DNA of 64,000 nucleotides, taken from the NCBI GenBank assembly GCA_943349945.1, contig CALQZS010000001.1, positions 51,339 through 115,338 on the forward strand, given 5' to 3'. Positions within the stretch are counted from its first letter, which is position 1. The number at the start of each line of letters is the position of its first letter. A program made the position numbers and the translations under genes. This stretch comes from Candidatus Nomurabacteria bacterium (GTDB lineage Bacteria > Patescibacteriota > Minisyncoccia > Phycocordibacterales > SBAW01). The notes under the pieces are model-generated. The model made no database searches. It was given only the letters and a program-made list of their open reading frames with translations, and was not told where the DNA came from. Below are positions 57,827-64,000 of this stretch, in pieces.

Positions 57827-59053
57827 TTAGGCAGCTTTGTGATACGCCGCATTCAACCGAGCCAGCGCCACCACAAACGCAGCACGACGCAGATCGGTCT
57901 CTAGCTCTACTGCGTGCTTCCATACATGAGCCGCCTCTTTTGTAAGCAGCTGCTGCAGCTTTTGAAGCACCACCTCCTCGCTCCAGTGTTCGTTTTTTAA
58001 ATTTTGCTCCCACTCAAAGGTCGACACCACCACTCCGCCCGCGTTTGCCAAGATGTCGGGTACCATAGGGATACCGCGCGCAAACAATATGTCGTCTGCC
58101 TCGGGCGTGGTGGGACCGTTTGCCAACTCGAGCACCAGTTTGGCTTGTATGCGAGGCGCGTTATCTTTGGTGATTTGATTTTCGAGCGCTGCGGGTATAA
58201 GCACGTCGCACGGCAACTCCAACAACTCTGTGTTAGACACCACACGTGCACCGGGAAAACCAGCCAAAGTACCATTCTCTTTTTTGTACGCCTCTACTGC
58301 CGCTATATCGAGCCCAGACTCGTTTACAATGCCACCCCTGGAGTCGGAAATTGCAACTATTTTGTGCCCATGTTTTTGAAATATCGCCGCCGCGTTGCCA
58401 CCCACGTTGCCCATCCCCTGCACCACAACGCGGCACTCACCCGGCAACTGCAAAAACTCTTTAAGCGCCTCGAACACATAAAAACCACCCATACCCGTGG
58501 CCTGCCCACGGCCCTCTGATCCACCCTTACCCACCGGCTTGCCAGTAAACGCGGCGCCTGTAGTATCGCCCGTAAGCAATGCGTACTCATCTGCCATCCA
58601 ACCTAAAATCTCGGGTGTTGTATTCACGTCCGGCGCAGGCACGTCTACATGCGGACCAAACACTGGGTACAGCATGCGCACAAAGCCGCGAGACAACCGC
58701 TCCAACTCTGTTTTGGAAAGTAGTTTTGGATTCACCGTTATGCCGCCCTTGCCGCCACCCATGGGGATGTTGGCCACCGCACACTTTAGTGTCATCCAAA
58801 ATGCCAAAGCGCGCACCTCGTTTTCGTCGGCTTGTTCGTGGTAGCGTATGCCACCTTTGTATGGCCCGCGCACGCTCGAGTGCTGCACACGATACCCTTC
58901 GAACAACCGCGTACTACCGTCGTCCATACGCACAGGTATAGACACACGCACCTCGCGCTCGGGCACAGACAACCGCTCAAGCAGCGTCCTATCAAATGCT
59001 TTAACCGCTACCGCCCGCCCCAACTGCTCGAGTGCACTCTGGAATTGATTCAT
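57827..59053 (-). CDS. gdhA: glutamate dehydrogenase (Glu/Leu/Phe/Val DH family)
   Basis: GGGKGG, GKPVGKGGS and GMGNVGGNAA. Confidence 0.9.
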   Translation of the reverse strand: MNQFQSALEQLGRAVAVKAFDRTLLERLSVPEREVRVSIPVRMDDGSTRLFEGYRVQHSSVRGPYKGGIRYHEQADENEVRALAFWMTLKCAVANIPMGGGKGGITVNPKLLSKTELERLSRGFVRMLYPVFGPHVDVPAPDVNTTPEILGWMADEYALLTGDTTGAAFTGKPVGKGGSEGRGQATGMGGFYVFEALKEFLQLPGECRVVVQGMGNVGGNAAAIFQKHGHKIVAISDSRGGIVNESGLDIAAVEAYKKENGTLAGFPGARVVSNTELLELPCDVLIPAALENQITKDNAPRIQAKLVLELANGPTTPEADDILFARGIPMVPDILANAGGVVVSTFEWEQNLKNEHWSEEVVLQKLQQLLTKEAAHVWKHAVELETDLRRAAFVVALARLNAAYHKAA

Positions 59054-59196
59054 GCTGGAATAATGCTTAATTCAGTACTGCTGAAATTAGTATGGGGCCA
59101 GTATACACTAGGCCCCTGCCCGACACAGCTTGCCAATAATGCCAAGCAGACGTACTCTAGTCTCTTGAGTACGGCAGTAGCCTACCCCAAACCCAT

Positions 59197-61290
59197 ATGT
59201 TTACCACAGCAAGCGCATTCGCTCTCTTTTTTATGCTCGCCCTGGCGGGCATTGCCTCGTATGTAGCTACCAAACTCAAACAGCCCTACACTGTGGTGCT
59301 AGTGCTGCTTGGTATCGTCTTGGCAGCCGCATCCTATGCAGAGCCGTTGCGCTTTTTGCGCGAATTCCACCTTACACCCGAGCTGCTTTTTTTCATCTTT
59401 TTGCCAACACTGCTGTTTGAGTCCGCATACAACATGAACATCCGCCGCATCGTAGACGATTGGCGGCCTATTATGCTGCTTGCAGTAGGCGGACTGCTAG
59501 TTTCGGCGTTTGTGATTGGTGGCGCGCTGTGGGGCGCACTCACCCTTTTGGGTTTGGGCGTGCCATTTACCATCACACTGCTGTTTGGTGCACTTATCTC
59601 TGCCACCGACCCCGTTGCAGTGCTAGCACTCTTTAAAGAGTATGGGGCACCGCGACGTTTGACGCTTTTGTTTGAGGGCGAATCTATCGCCAACGATGCC
59701 ACATCGCTTGCGCTCTTTTTAGTTGTACTGGGCCTGGTGGGCCAGCAGATAACCGTCCTGTCTTTAGCGACGGGCGGCATGGTCTTTACCACCATGTTGT
59801 TTGGTGGCGCAATTGTTGGCTTGCTTGTGGGCGCCGTGTTTATTGCGTTTATCGGCATGTTCCGCGAAGACGAAGTGGTGGCTATAACGCTCATGCTGGT
59901 GCTTGCACACCTGACCTTCCTTATTGCCGAAGGCGCCAACGAGATAGCGCAGCATGCCGGAGTGCCTGCGCTACAATTCTCGCCTATCATCGCCACAACC
60001 GTTGCGTCGCTTTTGATGGGCAACTATGGCCGATTTAAAATCACGCCGCGTGCCGAGGAGTTTGTCGACAAGTTTTGGACCCAATTTGCATTTATGGCAA
60101 ACTCGCTGGTATTTATTTTGGTGGGTTTTTTGGCAGCGTCACTACCCGCGCACAGCAGCAGCCTAGTTATACCGGCACTAGTGACGGTACTCATTGTTGC
60201 CCTAGCCCGCGCACTGTCCATATATGGCATCCTTGTGCCGTACAACTTTTTTGCCACACCAGAGTGTCGCGTACCAGCCGCTTGGCAACACTTGCTGTCT
60301 TGGGGGTCACTGCGCGGCGCCCTGGCGGTTATGTTGGTGTTACTGGTGCCCGCAGAGCTTGCGGTCGACGGGTGGGGGCTCGAGGTGTCGGTGCGTGACT
60401 TTTTGCTTGTGCTCACGCTTGCGTGCGTATTTGCGACACTGTTCATCAAAGCTACTACTATCGGGCCAATAATGCGTCGACTCAGAGTCGATGCCCTCAC
60501 TCCGCTTGAAGATGCTGCCGAGTCGGAGGCCGCGTCCATCATCCATGCAATTACCAGCATCAAACTCAAAGCCTTTGCCGAAAAAGGCTACGTCCCAAGC
60601 GAGGTCGCCACGCACATGATAGCCGAGCACGAGCGGGTATTTGGCGATGTATCCAAAAAAATCACCACCGACACGGCGTCTCCTTTTACCTTGCGAGCGC
60701 TTCGACTGTATTTGATCGGACTGGAAAAAGAGGTGCTTAAAGATCTGTTTGCGTTTGATGAGATACCTGAGCGCGTCTTCCGACGCATACACGGCAAACT
60801 CACCCTCCAGAGCGAGGCAATAGAGCGAGGCGACGCACCAGACAAACACAGAGTCCGCGACAAGCGCGACTTGTTTGAGAATGCTGCAGAATATGTGTAC
60901 AACCTTGTATCCAAAGAAAACCAGACACAAGCCACAGAAGACGAGATACTCTACTATCGTGCACAGGCAATACTTTCACGCAAAGTGCTTAAAGAATTGT
61001 CACTGTTTGAAAATGAGTTTAAGGTACCCGTCTTTTCTCCCCAGATATTGAGCACTGCACGCGCCGAGTACTATGCATGGCGCGCCGAAGCAAACGAAAA
61101 AGTCGTGGCACTGCGTGCCAACTCGCCGCACATCGCCCGCGCGCTCGACGAGCAGCTTGCACACAAAAGTGCGCTGCGGGTAGAAAAACACCATCTCGAA
61201 ACCCTCTCCACGCGAGGACTTCTTACTCCAAAGCTATTTATCAAACTCGAGCAAGCATACGAAGAACACTCCGAGCGCCCCGGCGCCTAG
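59197..61290 (+). CDS. Na+/H+ (cation:proton) antiporter, NhaP/CPA1-type, with cytoplasmic C-terminal domain
   Basis: Thirteen TM helices (ATDPVAV), followed by a ~250-aa soluble tail. Confidence 0.75.
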   Translation: MFTTASAFALFFMLALAGIASYVATKLKQPYTVVLVLLGIVLAAASYAEPLRFLREFHLTPELLFFIFLPTLLFESAYNMNIRRIVDDWRPIMLLAVGGLLVSAFVIGGALWGALTLLGLGVPFTITLLFGALISATDPVAVLALFKEYGAPRRLTLLFEGESIANDATSLALFLVVLGLVGQQITVLSLATGGMVFTTMLFGGAIVGLLVGAVFIAFIGMFREDEVVAITLMLVLAHLTFLIAEGANEIAQHAGVPALQFSPIIATTVASLLMGNYGRFKITPRAEEFVDKFWTQFAFMANSLVFILVGFLAASLPAHSSSLVIPALVTVLIVALARALSIYGILVPYNFFATPECRVPAAWQHLLSWGSLRGALAVMLVLLVPAELAVDGWGLEVSVRDFLLVLTLACVFATLFIKATTIGPIMRRLRVDALTPLEDAAESEAASIIHAITSIKLKAFAEKGYVPSEVATHMIAEHERVFGDVSKKITTDTASPFTLRALRLYLIGLEKEVLKDLFAFDEIPERVFRRIHGKLTLQSEAIERGDAPDKHRVRDKRDLFENAAEYVYNLVSKENQTQATEDEILYYRAQAILSRKVLKELSLFENEFKVPVFSPQILSTARAEYYAWRAEANEKVVALRANSPHIARALDEQLAHKSALRVEKHHLETLSTRGLLTPKLFIKLEQAYEEHSERPGA

Positions 61291-61856
61291 TACTCTATAG
61301 TGATAGGAAACGACACAGACGCCTCATGCTCGGGCAGCCCCGATGGGTTGTCTTTATGCAAGATGAGCGTGGCAGGTCCTATGTAACTTTGCGGCACCGC
61401 AAGCTCTGCCACAAAAGGCACGAACTCGGTCGTCATCCACTCGCCCTGTGCTTGCGCGGGGACAATGGCCAAGCGCTTGCTGTCTTTGTCTAGCACTTCG
61501 ACAGGAAATGATGCCTCAAAATACCAATTACCGCGCGCCGTACCACGAACACTAAACTTCTTTCCTACCACAGCGCCGGGGAATGGTAGCTCAACAACCA
61601 CCAAGTCGGCAGACGCATTGGTGTAGGTTATTTTTTCGGGCAGCTCTTCCGCATACGTGCGCCCGTCGGGGGTACGGCACTGGCGCGGATGACTCTCCAT
61701 TACTGGGTACCCAGCATTGGCGCAGTCCTCAAAAGACAACACCTGCGGGGTTGGCGTGGGAGACGGTGCGTGTGTGCTCTTGGGGTACAGCAGCCACGCT
61801 GCTGCCAGCAATGCAATAATACCCACAAACACTCCTATGCGACGTAGTGTATACAT
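61287..61856 (-). CDS. Gmad2 Ig-like-domain secreted protein
   Basis: Anchor plus a Gmad2-like C-terminal beta domain. Start taken at MYTLRRIG. Confidence 0.45.
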   Translation of the reverse strand: MYTLRRIGVFVGIIALLAAAWLLYPKSTHAPSPTPTPQVLSFEDCANAGYPVMESHPRQCRTPDGRTYAEELPEKITYTNASADLVVVELPFPGAVVGKKFSVRGTARGNWYFEASFPVEVLDKDSKRLAIVPAQAQGEWMTTEFVPFVAELAVPQSYIGPATLILHKDNPSGLPEHEASVSFPITIEY

Positions 61857-61918
61857 GTGGCTATTGTACCCCGCCCGTACACACAACACAAAAACACGAG
61901 ACAGGGTATAGTAAGGCC

Positions 61919-62557
61919 ATGTCTGCGCCACGCACAAAACCAGCACCCACCAGCCTTATTGTTGCAGTAGGGGTCGTGGCGCTGTTTGTCCTGGCGTCTA
62001 TACTAGCCAACCAATACCAAGACACACTTTTTGTGCTCGCAGAGCAAGGGCTGTTGGGGATGGGTGTCTACGTCGCCATAACCATTGTGGCCATAGTGCT
62101 TGCCCCTCTCTCTACCTTTCCGCTCATTCCCGTAGCTGTGCATATGTGGGGTTGGTTCATCACTGCCCTACTCTCAATTGCAGGCTGGACTATTGGATCG
62201 CAAATTGCTTTTTACATCGCACGCACCTATGGCCAAGGCGTGGTGCGAAGGTACATGTCGCTCGAGCGTCTGCGCACGTTTGAAAAACGCTTCTCGCGCC
62301 ATGACTTGTTTTGGACGGTGGTGTTTTTGCGCATGACCGTGCCAGTCGACATACTCTCCTATGCTCTGGGGCTGTTTTCTACCATATCTGCTCGGTCGTT
62401 TTTTGTGGCAACAATTATTGGAGTCACTCCTTTTGCGTTTATATTTGCGTACGTGGGCACCTTGCCGCCCTACACGCAAATACTCGCTCTGGGGCTAGCG
62501 GGACTCTTGGTCGCCACACTGCACTTTGCCAGGCAGCCAAAAATACATGAGGATTAA
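61919..62557 (+). CDS. TVP38/TMEM64 (DedA superfamily) membrane protein
   Basis: VTT-domain-like segment FPLIPVAV...GW.IG. Confidence 0.65.
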   Translation: MSAPRTKPAPTSLIVAVGVVALFVLASILANQYQDTLFVLAEQGLLGMGVYVAITIVAIVLAPLSTFPLIPVAVHMWGWFITALLSIAGWTIGSQIAFYIARTYGQGVVRRYMSLERLRTFEKRFSRHDLFWTVVFLRMTVPVDILSYALGLFSTISARSFFVATIIGVTPFAFIFAYVGTLPPYTQILALGLAGLLVATLHFARQPKIHED

Positions 62558-62584
62558 AAGAACACGCGCTACAGCGTACGCTCT

Positions 62585-63163
62585 TTAACGAGACTCGCCT
62601 TCAAAGTTAGGTTCGACTATACCCCACTGCATAGTCGATGGGTCAAGCTTTATATATGCGCTCTTGCCCATAGATGGTCGCGCGGTCATCGGCTCGCCAG
62701 GCGCACGGTCGGCATAATTTACCACCACCACATTTTTGTGCCGCGGATTCTGGCTCAGCTCTGTCGTTTGTGGCGCCACCCTGTCGCCAAGCAAGTATGC
62801 GTCCGAGCCCACATACCCACGTGGTGTATTGAGCGCCGCTACTGCATAGTAAAAAGTCCCGCTCCCTCCGGTATTTTGTGTCAAAAGAAATACCACGTCC
62901 TTGCGGCCATCGTTGTTTAAGTCTGCCTCGAGCTCGTTACCAAAATATTTAGTCACCACTTTTGTCGCCGAGCCTGGCGCAGCCTCCGTTTCTACTTCGC
63001 CTCCAGAGAGCTGCACGAGCGTGCCGTCAATGTAGTATGCAGCGTCTTTATAACTTGCCGCACCAGCCGCCTGCTTTTCGTTATAGATATACGTGTTAAA
63101 CGCAAAAAACCCACCCACTGCGACAATAATAAGACTTAGACTCCCCCATAGCCATGTATTCAT
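62585..63163 (-). CDS. hypothetical membrane-anchored protein
   Basis: N-terminal TM segment and a soluble domain with no recognised motif. Confidence 0.45.
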   Translation of the reverse strand: MNTWLWGSLSLIIVAVGGFFAFNTYIYNEKQAAGAASYKDAAYYIDGTLVQLSGGEVETEAAPGSATKVVTKYFGNELEADLNNDGRKDVVFLLTQNTGGSGTFYYAVAALNTPRGYVGSDAYLLGDRVAPQTTELSQNPRHKNVVVVNYADRAPGEPMTARPSMGKSAYIKLDPSTMQWGIVEPNFEGESR

Positions 63164-63221
63164 ATGGATACAGTATATCAAATACAACTACTCTGATTTC
63201 CGCAAACCATGCTCCAAACTT

Positions 63222-63242
63222 TTGCTGCCAGACTAGGATTCG
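63222..63242. repeat. exact 21-nt direct repeat of the tRNA-Gln 3' end (ttgctgccagactaggattcg)
   Basis: Identical to 63411-63431, with an offset of 189 nt. Confidence 0.8.
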
Positions 63243-63413
63243 GTCACGAATCACTAACTATTTTACTTCGGCACCTCGTAAAATACTAAGTGTTCTCGAC
63301 CCCGACTCAAAAATTCATTCCCCGAACGAATTTTTTCCGTCCTTCGAATCCTCAACTTCAAGCAGATTAGCGCACAGAAAAACCGCCCTCTCGGGCGGCC
63401 ATCTGTGCGCTTG

Positions 63414-63484
63414 CTGCCAGACTAGGATTCGAACCTAGATAAACAGATTCAGAGTCTGTTGTCCTACCATTAGACGATCTGGCA
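63414..63484 (-). tRNA. tRNA-Gln (anticodon CTG)
   Basis: U1:A72 acceptor (TGCCAGA / TCTGGCA), anticodon loop CTCTGAA, GGTTCGAATCC. CCA is not encoded. Confidence 0.85.
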
Positions 63485-63597
63485 ATGTAGGCGCATCATA
63501 ACGAGAAAATGGCTTTATTTCAAGCATACAAAGGCCACTGACACCACAAAACAGTGGTACTATAGAAGCATTAGTTATTAGCGATATATAGCACTAT

Positions 63598-63981
63598 ATG
63601 GAAACGACTATCTTCCTTGCGCAGATATGGGGCCCGGTCATCTTTGCAGTGGGTCTGGGTATTTTTGTTAGCCGCGATTACTACATCAAAATCTATCGCG
63701 ATCTCGAAAAAGAAAAGTTTGCCGCACTGGTGTTTGGCATGATGGCTATTGCCGCCGGCGCCGCACATATTGGGGTACACAACACCTGGGGCACTTTGCC
63801 CGAGATTGTTATCAGCTTTCTTGGTTGGGGGCTGTTTGCCAAAGGTGCAGTGCTTGCTATTGCACCAAAGTTTGCCGACAAAGCTGGCGACTGGACAGTG
63901 CGCTCTAAAATGGTCCCTGCAGCGGGCGGCTTTGCCTTACTGGTGGGTGTCTACCTCTCGTGGCTTGGATACTTGGTCTAA
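63598..63981 (+). CDS. hypothetical 4-TM membrane protein
   Basis: 127-aa hydrophobic protein. Confidence 0.5.
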   Translation: METTIFLAQIWGPVIFAVGLGIFVSRDYYIKIYRDLEKEKFAALVFGMMAIAAGAAHIGVHNTWGTLPEIVISFLGWGLFAKGAVLAIAPKFADKAGDWTVRSKMVPAAGGFALLVGVYLSWLGYLV

Positions 63982-64000
63982 ACATATTCAAAAAATCCCC

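Overview
This 64-kb window looks like a chromosomal segment from a small-genome, CPR/Patescibacteria-like bacterium. Background GC is about 55%, genes are compact, GroES carries an N-terminal extension, and many predicted membrane or secreted proteins have no recognisable function. Housekeeping content includes hisS (partial), rpsU, ybeY, ftsA, ftsZ, trxB-like, tsaD, valS, lepA, murJ, groES-groEL, RNase J, secG, lexA, gdhA and a DEAD-box helicase. There is also a membrane-fusion-protein/RND efflux pair, ZupT, a VIT1-family transporter, a NhaP-type antiporter, and nine tRNA genes: Glu-TTC, Ser-CGA, Val-GAC, Phe-GAA, Arg-CCT, Gly-CCC, Ser-GGA and Gln-CTG, plus one degenerate Ser-like copy. An RNase P RNA (rnpB) is present. 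I found no rRNA, CRISPR array, integrase or transposase. The most unusual signals are non-coding. First, four tRNAs (Glu, Ser-CGA, Ser-GGA, Gln) each have their last ~18-21 nt repeated 175-190 nt downstream, after a terminator hairpin. Second, two tRNAs (Phe, Gly) are each preceded by a ~60-nt twin-hairpin insert flanked by a 10-nt duplication of the tRNA 5' end. Third, a ~2-kb low-GC island sits between tRNA-Ser and tRNA-Val and encodes a DedA-like protein plus an esterase-GT2 fusion. Fourth, a 35-nt perfect palindrome occurs twice and is flanked by DnaA-box-like motifs. Fifth, two coding sequences start within 0-5 nt of a tRNA CCA end. Sixth, an AOX/PTOX-type di-iron oxidase is unexpected in this genomic context. 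All calls are based on reading the sequence and on memory of protein families; no searches were run.
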